The notes below the pieces were generated by a model that saw only the letters and a list, made by a program, of their open reading frames with translations, did no database searches and was not told the origin of the DNA. Source: a virus (Duplodnaviria; Caudoviricetes). From it: a stretch of 64,000 nt of DNA. Shown in pieces: positions 9,895 to 20,784 of this stretch. The stretch's first letter is position 1, and each line of letters opens with the position of its first letter. Position numbers and translations under genes: made by a program. Location: positions 231-64,230 of the IMG/VR virus record IMGVR_UViG_3300036770_003925, one strand, 5' to 3'.

Positions 9895-11132
9895 TAACAG
9901 AAAATAATAAACATTCTTGGTGTGTTAATGCATTTCATGGTATGAGTGCAAATAATGATGGTTCAACTAAAATGTGTTGTATGATTAGACATAATTATAT
10001 GCATATGGACAAATCTAAACCATGGAATTTGACAGATACAAATATATATGACAATTTTAATAGCAAACCATCTATTGAAATTAGAAATGCATTGAACAAT
10101 GGTGTTCGTCATGAAGCATGTACACTATGTTGGCAAGAAGAAGATGGTGGTAGGAAAAGCAAACGGTTAAGAGATAACCATAAATATTTTCATAATATAG
10201 AATGGAATAACGGTAAGCCGTTTAACGGATTAGCAAAATTTGAATTAAATTTAGGCAACACATGTAATATTAAATGTAGAACATGTCATCCTTCAATCAG
10301 TTCAACTTGGATGAAAGAAGACTATGAATTAAATCATAAAAATAATACTACGTTTAAAGTCTACAGCCAAAGCATGAAAAGGTATCACCAAACTTATGAT
10401 GAAGATAGTATGTTTTGGGAAGATTTAAAAAATAATTTGCATACAATAAAGCAATTTGATTTTTATGGTGGAGAACCCTTTCTTAGCAAAAAGATGTGGG
10501 AAATTTTAAAAATATGTGTAGAGAAAGGTTACAGTAAAGATATTGAATTACACTATAATACCAATGGTACAAATTGGCCAAATGAAGTTAATTTATGGGA
10601 ATCATTTAAAGAGGTAAATCTAAGTTTTAGTATTGATGGAATAAACGATAGGTTTACTTATATGAGATTTCCTGCTGATTGGAATGAAGTAAAAAGTAAT
10701 ATGGTTAAAGCTAGAAATCATAATCTTCTCAATAAGAACATGTCATTAAGCTGGTGTATAACATTAAGTAGTTTAAATATTTTTTATTTGCCAGAAATTA
10801 TTAAAGAATATTATGATAACTTTAATGATTTTGGAATGTATTTAAATTTAGTACATTATCCTGATATACATAACATTAGTAAGTTGCCAAATAGTATTAA
10901 AATTAAAGTAATCGAACAACTTAACACTATACCTAAAGAATATCTCAATGCTTGGTATCAACTACCTGGAATCATTGGATTTATTGAAAATGGAGAATCA
11001 AGTGAAAAATTATGGAAAGAGTTAGGATTAACTGTGCATAAACATGACGTATACCGAGAACAAAGTTTTAGTAAAACTTTTGCAGAATATTACGAACAAA
11101 TAGGAAAACATTATGACAATTTTTTGGGATAA
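9891..11132 (+). CDS. radical SAM protein with N-terminal twitch-like domain
   Basis: CNIKCRTC, YGGEP, YNTNGT, FSIDG, N-terminal C...CC...CTLCW. Confidence 0.85.
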   Translation: MITENNKHSWCVNAFHGMSANNDGSTKMCCMIRHNYMHMDKSKPWNLTDTNIYDNFNSKPSIEIRNALNNGVRHEACTLCWQEEDGGRKSKRLRDNHKYFHNIEWNNGKPFNGLAKFELNLGNTCNIKCRTCHPSISSTWMKEDYELNHKNNTTFKVYSQSMKRYHQTYDEDSMFWEDLKNNLHTIKQFDFYGGEPFLSKKMWEILKICVEKGYSKDIELHYNTNGTNWPNEVNLWESFKEVNLSFSIDGINDRFTYMRFPADWNEVKSNMVKARNHNLLNKNMSLSWCITLSSLNIFYLPEIIKEYYDNFNDFGMYLNLVHYPDIHNISKLPNSIKIKVIEQLNTIPKEYLNAWYQLPGIIGFIENGESSEKLWKELGLTVHKHDVYREQSFSKTFAEYYEQIGKHYDNFLG

Positions 11133-12408
11133 AAAATTATTGTCTCAAATGCATATAGAATTGACCAATGGGTGTAACGCTGCATGTCCTATGTGCGTAA
11201 GATTTTATAACAATAGTCCTCATGTAAGACCTGATTTAGAAATAGGTCAAATAACACTAGATAAATTTAAAAGTTATTTCCCACCAAATATTATTAAAAA
11301 ATGCCATTTAATTTTATTCTGTGGTGTACATGGAGATCCATGCACTGCAAGAGATACACTAGAAATTTGTCAATATATACATGATTGTTCAAAATCTACT
11401 GCTGTAAGGATTAATACCAACGGTGGGATGCGTAGGCCAAATTGGTGGGCAGAAATGGGCAAGCTTTTTTCATTACATAATCTAGATAGACCAGGAGATC
11501 CGCATTGGGAAATCGTTTTTAGCATAGATGGATTAGAAAGTACTAATCATCTTTATCGTAGAAACGTTGATTGGAAAATATTAATTGATAATGTTAAAGC
11601 CTTTGTCAATGAAGGTGGCTATGCTGTTTGGGATTATTTGATTTTTAAGCATAACGAACATCAAATTGAAGACGCTTATAATTTTTCTAAAGAATTGAAA
11701 TTTAGAGATTTTGTTCCTAAAAAGGCTTTAGGAGTTGATAACGGTGAATATTTAACACAAATGTCTGTATTAAATAAAGATGGAAAAATTGATTACTGGA
11801 TTGAAGCTCCTACTAATCCTAAAAATAGAAATCTAGAAAATCCAATAGCTTCGCTGCTAGGAAAAGCATATGAATTTGATTTAGATTATTATAGACAACT
11901 AAAAGCTAATAAACAATCAGGAAAAGATTATCAAACAATGGTCGAAAGTGTTTACACTGACAGAATTAATAATGAAAATTTTGAAAAATATGATAGTTGT
12001 GAAATAAGTTGTAAGTCATATGTATGGCATAATAAAGGACGTGAAATTTTTGTTGATAATTTTGGTAGAGTAATGCCTTGTTGTTATATAGGCACACATT
12101 TAAATGGTAAGCATACAGATACACAAAGCTTGCAATTACACAAGGCAATGAATGATTATGGTTGGGATAAGTTCAGTTTAGAAGAACATACACTAGAACA
12201 AATTCTTGATCAAGGTCACTTGGATCGTGTGTTTGCAGATACATGGACAAAACCCAGTGTCAAAGAAGGAAAATTGGCGTATTGTTCAGAAATATGTGGA
12301 AAAAATTCACGTATTGACAAAATTTTCACACATGAAACAAATGACAAAATGAAAATGCGTAGCAAGTTTGTTGAAGATGTTAAAGATTCGACATGTAAAA
12401 TTAAATGA
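11113..12408 (+). CDS. radical SAM protein with C-terminal SPASM-like domain
   Basis: CNAACPMC, HGDP, TNGG, FSIDGL, C-terminal C...PCC...CSEIC. Confidence 0.85.
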   Translation: MTIFWDKKLLSQMHIELTNGCNAACPMCVRFYNNSPHVRPDLEIGQITLDKFKSYFPPNIIKKCHLILFCGVHGDPCTARDTLEICQYIHDCSKSTAVRINTNGGMRRPNWWAEMGKLFSLHNLDRPGDPHWEIVFSIDGLESTNHLYRRNVDWKILIDNVKAFVNEGGYAVWDYLIFKHNEHQIEDAYNFSKELKFRDFVPKKALGVDNGEYLTQMSVLNKDGKIDYWIEAPTNPKNRNLENPIASLLGKAYEFDLDYYRQLKANKQSGKDYQTMVESVYTDRINNENFEKYDSCEISCKSYVWHNKGREIFVDNFGRVMPCCYIGTHLNGKHTDTQSLQLHKAMNDYGWDKFSLEEHTLEQILDQGHLDRVFADTWTKPSVKEGKLAYCSEICGKNSRIDKIFTHETNDKMKMRSKFVEDVKDSTCKIK

Positions 12409-13142
12409 AAAAAATAAATTTAAACGATATTAATTCTTTTAATTTTTATGGGTGTAGCCATACTCAAGGGCATGAGTTAATTGATCATATAGTATTAAAT
12501 ATGAGTTACCAAGAATGTAATGAGTACAAAAAAACAAATTTTGAAAGTTATATAAAGGAAATTAGAATTAAAGAACCTCATTTAAAGTTTAAAGAAAAAC
12601 AAAATAGTTATGCTGCACACTTGGCTAATATGATAGGTAAACCATTTAAAAATTATGCAAAACGAGGAAATAGTTTAGATTTTATTTTGTTTCAAATTCT
12701 TCGTAATCAGACGGATGACACAATTTTTATTGGTATGCCGCCTCCTGAACGATTAGTTTATTTTGACGAAGATAATTTCATTGTGAACAAACAACTAAAG
12801 TCTTTGGTTGAGGAAAACAAAGATTATTTAATATTGCTTGATATTTTAACCCCTTATACATGTTATCAAAATTATATAAAAACAATCGTTCTTATCAATT
12901 CAATTAGGTCAAATGTAATTTTTTGTTTTAATAATTTTAACTTGAATATTGTAGTTCGAGATATCAAACAACCATACTTAAAAAACTTATTTACTAAGGT
13001 AATAACAATGGTATTAGAAAAAAATTTTATAATTGATGAACAAATCAACTCAAATTATATGCATGCTTTTGGACATTACACATTAGAGGCTCACCAAGAG
13101 TATGCATTAAATATATCAAAGTACTTTATTAATAATGAATAA
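12405..13142 (+). CDS. SGNH/GDSL-like hydrolase/acyltransferase-fold protein
   Basis: YGCSHT-x-G block I, NYAKRGNS, C-terminal GH...H. Confidence 0.55.
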   Translation: MKKINLNDINSFNFYGCSHTQGHELIDHIVLNMSYQECNEYKKTNFESYIKEIRIKEPHLKFKEKQNSYAAHLANMIGKPFKNYAKRGNSLDFILFQILRNQTDDTIFIGMPPPERLVYFDEDNFIVNKQLKSLVEENKDYLILLDILTPYTCYQNYIKTIVLINSIRSNVIFCFNNFNLNIVVRDIKQPYLKNLFTKVITMVLEKNFIIDEQINSNYMHAFGHYTLEAHQEYALNISKYFINNE

Positions 13143-13225
13143 TATAACAGGTTATAAAAAGATATTTTCTCTAAAGCAGTCATAAAAATACAGGTAATTG
13201 GCTATAAATATACAAAGGACAGAGC

Positions 13226-14053
13226 ATGAAGTGTGATTTAAAAAAAATTGAACGAATAGTTGCATATGGATGTAGTTTTACTTGGGGTTCGGAACTAGCA
13301 GATCATGATTTTATTCCTAATATGACTGTTGAACAAGTAGATCAAGAAAAACGTAGCTTAGGATATGAAAAATTTTATAAAACCTATGCAAAATACTATG
13401 ATAAAGATAACAGTATATTACGAAGTAAACTAGAAAATGATAGAAGTTGGATAAGTACATTTGGAAAATTCTTAAATAAACCAGTTATTAATAGAAGTAA
13501 ACCAGGCTCATCCAATCGTGAAAATATATACATGTTGGAAAAAGATATAAAAAATAATCGTGTTAGTGAAAGAGATTTAGTTATATTAGGATTTACTTCA
13601 AAAGAAAGGTTATTTTATTTTACAGAATTGGGTTTACATGAAAGCCTTACGTACAATGAGAATGACCAACGATGGCCTAATAAAGACATGAGAAAACTTT
13701 TTATAGAAAATTTTGTCAATGATTTTTTTACTGCGTATGAATTATATATAGATATTTTACACTTTGATTGGTTACGTAAGGCTTCTAATTTAAATTTATA
13801 CGGGCAATATGTGCATAGTACATTTAATGAAAACTTTACTTTTGATATGAATAAAAATGTTGATTTTTGTATGGTTTCACAAAACATCAATAAAGTTGAA
13901 TGCATAATTAACAAGGATATGAGTTTCGGATGGCCTCCATTAGAATGGCATAAGAAAGAAAATCAACATGGATTTATTCATCCAAAAGTAGAAATACAGG
14001 ATAAGTTTGCAGAGCGTATAGCAGAATCTTTTAAGGAAAACTTTTTAATATGA
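13226..14053 (+). CDS. SGNH/GDSL-like protein
   Basis: AYGCSFTWG, NRSKPGSSN, terminal HP; preceded by TATAAATA. Confidence 0.55.
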   Translation: MKCDLKKIERIVAYGCSFTWGSELADHDFIPNMTVEQVDQEKRSLGYEKFYKTYAKYYDKDNSILRSKLENDRSWISTFGKFLNKPVINRSKPGSSNRENIYMLEKDIKNNRVSERDLVILGFTSKERLFYFTELGLHESLTYNENDQRWPNKDMRKLFIENFVNDFFTAYELYIDILHFDWLRKASNLNLYGQYVHSTFNENFTFDMNKNVDFCMVSQNINKVECIINKDMSFGWPPLEWHKKENQHGFIHPKVEIQDKFAERIAESFKENFLI

Positions 14054-15270
14054 ACAAAGAAACATTTTGTAGTCTACCATTTAGTGGGTTATTCTTGGGC
14101 AGTGACGGTGGATTAAGACCTTGTTGTAGTCTACGCGGAGATTTAGGAAACATCAATAATAATACAGTTGAGGAAATACTACAAGGTGATATTTCTACTT
14201 CTATTAGAAAAAGTATAATTAATAATGAATGGCATCCTATGTGTAGTCAATGTAAGGAACTTGAATCAAGAGGTGCTAGAACTGAAAGAACTGGAACGAC
14301 ATATAGAATTGATGATTTTAAAAACGCCGATGAAAAATTTTTCAGATTAGAAAAACTAGATTTAAGATGGAGTAATACCTGTAACTTAACCTGTAATTAT
14401 TGTTATGAATATTTTAGTTCTAAATGGGCTGAAATAAAAGGTATTAGAATAAATGCTAATAAGGATGACGCAGAGTTTAAAGTTTTTAGTTTTATTGAAG
14501 ATCATAAACAACATCTAAATAATATAAACCTTTTAGGAGGTGAGCCACTGTTACAGAAACCTAACATTAGATTATTAGATACTATTCCAAACTCAGTACC
14601 AATTTACATTCTTACAAATTTAACACAGCCTTTGGAAAAAAATGCGGTAGCACAAAAATTGTTAGAAAATCCAAATGTATCTTGGGGTATTAGTTTTGAA
14701 ACTATAGGTAAAAGATTTGAGTATGTTAGACATGGAGGAAGCTGGTATCAACTGTTAGATAACTTGCATTATTTGAGTTATAAAAAAGTAATTAATATTG
14801 ACACACATCCTTTATATTGTTTATATTCAGCTTTTAATATTATGGAATATTATGATTTTATAGAAAGTGAAGGATATTTCAATCACCTATATTGGCAAGT
14901 ATTACAAAATATCGAAGGTTTAGATGTATTTAGAAGTGCTTATCCACTTAAAGTCAAAGCAGTAAATGAACTAGAAAAAGTATTTGTTAAGTATGAAAAC
15001 AAATATGATATGACACTACTTAAGAAAATATACGAATCATTATTGAGTACATTGACTACTCAATTTTTTACTAGTAATGATGCGATTAATTTCTTAAATA
15101 CGCTTGACAAACAAATACCAAATAAAAAGCAAGAATTTATAATCAATTATACTGATTTGTATATCGAACTATTAGGTACACAATACTTTGTATTAAATAG
15201 CGAAACAGAAGGAATAGTTTGTAACATTGATAATACTCCAGTATACTCAAGTGCTGAAATAATTATATAA
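14050..15270 (+). CDS. radical SAM protein with N-terminal twitch/SPASM-like domain
   Basis: CSLPF...RPCC...CSQC, CNLTCNYC, LGGEP. Confidence 0.85.
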   Translation: MNKETFCSLPFSGLFLGSDGGLRPCCSLRGDLGNINNNTVEEILQGDISTSIRKSIINNEWHPMCSQCKELESRGARTERTGTTYRIDDFKNADEKFFRLEKLDLRWSNTCNLTCNYCYEYFSSKWAEIKGIRINANKDDAEFKVFSFIEDHKQHLNNINLLGGEPLLQKPNIRLLDTIPNSVPIYILTNLTQPLEKNAVAQKLLENPNVSWGISFETIGKRFEYVRHGGSWYQLLDNLHYLSYKKVINIDTHPLYCLYSAFNIMEYYDFIESEGYFNHLYWQVLQNIEGLDVFRSAYPLKVKAVNELEKVFVKYENKYDMTLLKKIYESLLSTLTTQFFTSNDAINFLNTLDKQIPNKKQEFIINYTDLYIELLGTQYFVLNSETEGIVCNIDNTPVYSSAEIII

Positions 15271-15271
15271 T

Positions 15272-16489
15272 ATGTCTATAATTAATAAGGATGATTTTGT
15301 ACATATTATGTCTTGGGGACTTAAAAATGATCATCACCCTATACGGATACGACAAATTAAAGATCAAGGGCATCATCATTTATATTTTAAGCTACATAAT
15401 TGGTCTAACGATAATTATTGGTATGTAGAATTTTTACATGGTGATGCTTTTTATTGGCACCCAATAAGTACATTAACGGATTCCGATACTTTTAAAAAAA
15501 TTCAAAATGGTGAAGTAAAACTTATACTATGCAATAATCAAGAAGCATATCATTCTATAGTTGATGAGATATATGAATATGTAGTGATAAGGGATAATAT
15601 ACCAGCTGAAAACATCATTTTATTAACTAACAGTTTTGATATTGTTAAAGAAATTGATTTCGTCAGTCACAAATATAATCAAAATAAGATAAAAGTAATT
15701 TATATGTGTGAATTTTTATTAACAGCACGGAACTATGCCATCCATAATTTACCAACTTTATTAGAATCCCACAATTCAAAAAAAACTTATACAAAAAAAT
15801 TTATTTCATTTAATGGATTTGATAGACCGCATAGAGTAGGCTTTGTAAATTTACTTAATATACACAATTTATTACAATTTGGTCACGTAAGCTATAACAC
15901 TAACATGAACGGTAATGTTCATTTTTCAGGAACAGAATATTTTAGAAGAATGAAAAATAATTTTAGACCTGACAGTAAATTAATACAAGATATAATTAAC
16001 AATGAAGATAAGGTTACTTCCCTAGGTCCAATTTGGTTAGACTCTACATTAAAGACTGCCCGTAATCAGTCAGGATACATAGAAAATAAAACAGATTATT
16101 ATGTCAATACATATTTTAGTGTAGTCACAGAAACACTTTGTATGTTGCGACATAGTGCAGATGGACATCTTGGGATAGGTAGGGCTTTAAGTGAAAAAAC
16201 TTTTAAACCAGTACTTTGTCTGCATCCTTTTATATTATTAGCAGTTCCTAAATCTTTAGAATTATTTAAATATTTAGGGTTTCAAAGTTTTCATCCGTAT
16301 ATAAATGAATCATATGATGATATTACCGATGATTCAGACAGAATTTATGCTGTTTTTGAAGAAACAAGACGTTTATGTAATTTAACACCTGATGAGACTA
16401 ATGAATTCATAAATTTTTGTATGCCAATTTGTATGCATAACTTTAAAACTTTATTAAAATATAAAGATTTTTCAATAAATTTAAATTAA
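15272..16489 (+). CDS. GT-B-like (fucosyltransferase/exostosin-like) protein
   Basis: RPHR, FSVVTET, SEKTFKP...HPF...GF...YDD motif set. Confidence 0.5.
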   Translation: MSIINKDDFVHIMSWGLKNDHHPIRIRQIKDQGHHHLYFKLHNWSNDNYWYVEFLHGDAFYWHPISTLTDSDTFKKIQNGEVKLILCNNQEAYHSIVDEIYEYVVIRDNIPAENIILLTNSFDIVKEIDFVSHKYNQNKIKVIYMCEFLLTARNYAIHNLPTLLESHNSKKTYTKKFISFNGFDRPHRVGFVNLLNIHNLLQFGHVSYNTNMNGNVHFSGTEYFRRMKNNFRPDSKLIQDIINNEDKVTSLGPIWLDSTLKTARNQSGYIENKTDYYVNTYFSVVTETLCMLRHSADGHLGIGRALSEKTFKPVLCLHPFILLAVPKSLELFKYLGFQSFHPYINESYDDITDDSDRIYAVFEETRRLCNLTPDETNEFINFCMPICMHNFKTLLKYKDFSINLN

Positions 16490-17577
16490 TGTACACCGTA
16501 TTTGCAAATATGAAGCCTTACTGTATTAAAGATGATGTGGTTGTAACACCTTTGATAAAATGGTATCCTTGTAACAATTCAATAATACTTGCACATTTTG
16601 ATCAAATTGATTATATTCTTAATACAGTAAAAGACTTTTTTAAAATTGATAAAACTTCTAAGTTAGTTATTATTCATGATTGGTCACCTTCTTATATAAA
16701 TGGTTATGCTGATATTTTAAAAGAAATTATAAGCAATTTTCAGATGTTGCCGTCGCAATTATATTTTATAATGTTAGATATGAACCAAGTTGAACAGTTT
16801 AAGACTGCATTAAAAGATAGAGGAATAGGGGAAGTTAATATTGAAGCTAGGAACCATTTGTTGATCGACCAAAACCCAATATACGAAGCAGAAGAAAATA
16901 TTACAAATAAGTTTAGTTTATGTATAAGATCGTATAGACCATGGAGACTACATTTTTTTGTAAAGTTAATTGAAAATAATTTATTGGATGATTTTGTTTA
17001 TACATTTAGTAATATAGAGCCGTTTTTACCTATTGTAGCTGAACGAGAACATGACAAAACAATATTGAAAAATTTGGATTTTGTAAACAATTCACCCAAA
17101 AAAGATTACATTACTAAGTGGATTGATAACATGCCTTATTTGGTAGGCCAGCATATTAATGATGTTTTTTCTTTAGAAGTATTCAAATTGATTAAACGTA
17201 GTTATATTAATATTGTTTTAGAGTCACATATAGAAGAACAAATGATATTTATAACTGAAAAAACAGGTAAAGCAATTGCTTGTAAAAAACCATTTATAAT
17301 TTTTGGAGTAGCTGGTTCATACGAATGGTTAAGAAAATTAGGTTTTAAAACTTTTCATCCTTTTATTGATGAAACCTTTGACTCTATAACTGATTCAAAT
17401 GTAAGACAAGAAAAAGTTATAATGGAAATAGAAAGAATTAATAACCTACCTACACATTTACTAGTAGATTTACTTAATAAGTGTAGACCTAATATAGAAT
17501 ATAATTTTAAAAAACTATTGGAAATTAAACAGCACCAATATAGTCAATCATTTACACAGTTAAACATATTCAGGTAA
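16489..17577 (+). CDS. GT-B-like protein, paralog of previous
   Basis: INIVLES, ITEKTGK...KPF...LGFKTF...DETFD. Confidence 0.5.
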   Translation: MYTVFANMKPYCIKDDVVVTPLIKWYPCNNSIILAHFDQIDYILNTVKDFFKIDKTSKLVIIHDWSPSYINGYADILKEIISNFQMLPSQLYFIMLDMNQVEQFKTALKDRGIGEVNIEARNHLLIDQNPIYEAEENITNKFSLCIRSYRPWRLHFFVKLIENNLLDDFVYTFSNIEPFLPIVAEREHDKTILKNLDFVNNSPKKDYITKWIDNMPYLVGQHINDVFSLEVFKLIKRSYINIVLESHIEEQMIFITEKTGKAIACKKPFIIFGVAGSYEWLRKLGFKTFHPFIDETFDSITDSNVRQEKVIMEIERINNLPTHLLVDLLNKCRPNIEYNFKKLLEIKQHQYSQSFTQLNIFR

Positions 17578-18330
17578 ATTGTTTAAGAGTAATTCGGCTA
17601 TTTGTTCTTGACAATGTATGCTGGTATGTGCAATCTCAGGTCCTTGTATAGGGTTTCTTCCCCAAGCATTATCAATATTTACTAAATCTGCTATATTATT
17701 CTTAATAGCCTTTTTTGCTATTGGTATCCAAGAAATATTGTCAATAACATTTAATAAATCAAAACAAATTATATACGGAATATTTGATTCGTGCAATTCA
17801 TGTAAAATAGCATACATAGTCCACTTATCTAATTGTTTCTTCCAACTTGGATAATATAACCATGTAAAATATTTAAAAAGTGCTTCTTGTTTTTCACTAG
17901 AATTTTCTATATTATTTAAAGTTCTTTTACCAAATGTTTTAAAAGTTTTTTTGTCATTAGTAATAAACTCATGCAAATTTGAAGAAACTAGTAAAGGATT
18001 TTTATGCCAATCATAATATGTGCTTATACTATTATAATGGCAATATTGGATGTGAGTAACATCAAAATCAACATTCTCAGGAGTATCGCCTATAGGAAAT
18101 TCTATTCTATCAAAATGAGAAGTTCCTACTAGTATTAGATTTGGGTTTCTTTTAATAGCTGATTTTATCTGTAATGCTATGCCCCCATTACTCATTCCTT
18201 CTCTTGCAAAAAATTCAATATCATAATTCAATTTGGTAGCAAGAATTTGACAAAAATGCTTGCCTGTTAAATCACTAAAATTTGGAACTGCGGTCATAAA
18301 GCTATCACCGCAGACAATCATTTTTTTCAT
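17560..18330 (-). CDS. SGNH-like protein
   Basis: VCGDSF block I, GMSNGGI, C-terminal H. Confidence 0.55.
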   Translation of the reverse strand: MKKMIVCGDSFMTAVPNFSDLTGKHFCQILATKLNYDIEFFAREGMSNGGIALQIKSAIKRNPNLILVGTSHFDRIEFPIGDTPENVDFDVTHIQYCHYNSISTYYDWHKNPLLVSSNLHEFITNDKKTFKTFGKRTLNNIENSSEKQEALFKYFTWLYYPSWKKQLDKWTMYAILHELHESNIPYIICFDLLNVIDNISWIPIAKKAIKNNIADLVNIDNAWGRNPIQGPEIAHTSIHCQEQIAELLLNNLPEYV

Positions 18331-18695
18331 ATCACCAAAATATTCCCGTAGTTTTTTCTTTCTTTTACCGAGTCATTTAATTTTTCTGCAATAATATTTT
18401 TAAGATGGTATCTTTCTTCCATTATGTCACGCAAATGTAAAGCTCTACGTCCTACTTCTTCCAAACTATATAGTTTTTCAACACGGTATTTTTTGAAATC
18501 ATCTTCAAGTTCCCATACAGCTTTATGTACTTCGTAAAGTCTTTTTAATTCTGTGTCTATTTTGGACAAGTCAATTTGTTTTACTTGATCTATGTAAAAA
18601 TCAAGTTCTTCTTTATTATTACCTAATTTGTCAAACTTAAGTTTGGCTATACAATATCTATCAACTAACTCTATTACTGGAAATTTAAACATCAA
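18327..18695 (-). CDS. hypothetical coiled-coil protein
   Basis: ELVDR-x-xIAKLK...VWELEDD...R-x-x-LKN pattern; coupled within the minus-strand operon. Confidence 0.55.
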   Translation of the reverse strand: MMFKFPVIELVDRYCIAKLKFDKLGNNKEELDFYIDQVKQIDLSKIDTELKRLYEVHKAVWELEDDFKKYRVEKLYSLEEVGRRALHLRDIMEERYHLKNIIAEKLNDSVKERKNYGNILVI

Positions 18696-19872
18696 TTTGT
18701 ACCTTTGGAAAATATTTTATATAACGATCATTATCATTTTGTCTTACTTTTTTGATTCTATAACGTATCTCATTAAAAAAGTTCCAAGCCAATGGAATAA
18801 ACAAAATCTTTTCATCAATATTATTTAATATATCAATAGACACAATTGGAATTTTCATTCCCGGGGTATAAGTTCCTTGTTTCAACTCATTATCATCAAT
18901 GATATAATCAAGCTTTACTTTGATATAATTTAGTAAAGTGTTACCTTTAGCTGCTGCTCCGTACCCAATAATTTTATAATCTTTGCGATATGTAACCAAT
19001 GTTTCTTGCAAATATTGCATGTTAGTTTTTATTGTGTTTTCCCAATGTTGATATATAGTCAAGTTATCAAGTTGTTCACACGCTATAGCATTTTGAATTC
19101 TATAATGGTTGCCATTCTTAATACCTAAAATGAACACGTAACTAGTACCATGTATTGGAGTTCTAATAACGTCAACAAATGCTAATCCTGCCCGTTCAAC
19201 ACATTTTTTCATACTATTGATATTAAAAAAGTTAATATGTTCGTGATATATAGTATCAAACTCATTATTTAAAACCATGTTAGCTTGACTAGTTTGTATA
19301 AACAATAAACTATGTTCTCCCATTAATTTTCTACATTCCAATAAAAAATCTAAAGGATTAGGATTGTGTGCAAAAACGTTTTGGGCAGTGATTGCATCAA
19401 ATGTTTGGTTTATTGTTTTATATATATTTTTCTTAAAGTAATCACATGTAATGGTATGATGTAATGAACTTGTTTCATATAAATTTTTGGCTGGGTCTAT
19501 ACCAAATGTATTGTAACCCAAGTCTCTAAAGTAGTTAAGTTGTGTTCCGTCGTTACACCCTATATCTAGTATACTATTGTATTTTTTTGTAATAGTTTCA
19601 TTTACAAAGTTTGCAAACCATTTTGAATAATCACGTAGTGTTTGTGTAGTTCCGCTTACATAAAGATAATTTTCATAAATTATAGACGGATCAACAATGT
19701 GTGTCAGTTGTAAATGATAACAATCATGACATAAATTTACACAAAGTGGATAGAGGTTATCAGTATCATCCACTTTTTTTAAATAGTTGTTAGCTAAGGG
19801 TTGTTTTCCTAAATCTAATGACTTGTGTATATTTTTACTACCGCAGGCTAAACATTTTGTAATTTTTTTCAT
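18685..19872 (-). CDS. NDP-sugar C-methyltransferase (TcaB9/Methyltransf_13-14 type)
   Basis: N-terminal CxxC...LG-x-QPLAN...CxxC, DIGCNDG SAM motif, FDTIYHEH, GYGAAAKGNTLLN. Confidence 0.85.
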   Translation of the reverse strand: MKKITKCLACGSKNIHKSLDLGKQPLANNYLKKVDDTDNLYPLCVNLCHDCYHLQLTHIVDPSIIYENYLYVSGTTQTLRDYSKWFANFVNETITKKYNSILDIGCNDGTQLNYFRDLGYNTFGIDPAKNLYETSSLHHTITCDYFKKNIYKTINQTFDAITAQNVFAHNPNPLDFLLECRKLMGEHSLLFIQTSQANMVLNNEFDTIYHEHINFFNINSMKKCVERAGLAFVDVIRTPIHGTSYVFILGIKNGNHYRIQNAIACEQLDNLTIYQHWENTIKTNMQYLQETLVTYRKDYKIIGYGAAAKGNTLLNYIKVKLDYIIDDNELKQGTYTPGMKIPIVSIDILNNIDEKILFIPLAWNFFNEIRYRIKKVRQNDNDRYIKYFPKVQIDV

Positions 19873-20739
19873 TTAGTAATTTATAAAATTATTTCTATCA
19901 CCTGTTATAATAGGTGTATTATTAAGTAAATCTTCTACGATTGTTGCTACAGAATCCTTGAATTTAAAATCAAAAGTTTGTTCAAAGTTTATGTTATCAA
20001 AATAAAAATCATATGGATTACTAGTATCAATTTCATATTGTATGGGTACATTTAATTTTTTTGAAATATCTTGTGCTATACCTTCTACAGTGCTATTAAA
20101 GCTACATAGGTTGTATATTCCGGTTACCGGTTTTAATAAAATTTTATTGATTCCTTTAGTAAGATCATTAATACCCAATATTGGGCGTCTTACTTTTACG
20201 TTATTAATAGTAATTTTCTGCTGTGTTGTAGCTGATCTAACCATTGCGTTTATCATTAATTCATTGCGTAAGTTAGGACTATGTCCGTTAACAGTACCTA
20301 ATCGTAACCCTATAATAGTTCGTTCTTGCATAAATTGTTGGCTGTGCAAATCCAATATATACTTTGTTAAATCATAATTATTGGTAGGTAAAAATAGATT
20401 GTCATCATTATGTGTGTAAATGCTTCCGCTGCTAGCGTAAATTATAACTTGATGTTTACTACAGTTTTTTACTAGATTTAAAAAATTGTATACATTGTTT
20501 TTATAGCTCGCTTGAATAGGACCATCACACATTTTAACACTACTATGTCCTGCTAGCAGGATTATGCTATCAAATTGTTTTAAAAAACTACTATCTATAT
20601 TTTTGTAGTCCATTGGGATTGAATCATTGATCGTTCCGTACCAATTAATATCAATTCCAGTCACGTTGTAATTTTCTAACAACTTTTTATAAAGTTCAGA
20701 TCCTATGTATCCATTAGATCCAATTAATAAAATATTCAT
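19873..20739 (-). CDS. NAD-dependent sugar epimerase/dehydratase
   Basis: GSNGYIG Rossmann motif, ASSGSIY, YDLTK (YxxxK). Confidence 0.85.
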   Translation of the reverse strand: MNILLIGSNGYIGSELYKKLLENYNVTGIDINWYGTINDSIPMDYKNIDSSFLKQFDSIILLAGHSSVKMCDGPIQASYKNNVYNFLNLVKNCSKHQVIIYASSGSIYTHNDDNLFLPTNNYDLTKYILDLHSQQFMQERTIIGLRLGTVNGHSPNLRNELMINAMVRSATTQQKITINNVKVRRPILGINDLTKGINKILLKPVTGIYNLCSFNSTVEGIAQDISKKLNVPIQYEIDTSNPYDFYFDNINFEQTFDFKFKDSVATIVEDLLNNTPIITGDRNNFINY

Positions 20740-20747
20740 ATAAAATT

Positions 20748-20763
20748 TATTTAGCTATAAATA
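20748..20763. promoter_or_regulatory. back-to-back divergent late promoters
   Basis: tatttagctataaata gives TAAATA on both strands between divergent operons. Confidence 0.5.
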
Positions 20764-20784
20764 CTCTTATTCTGAGAAAATAAT

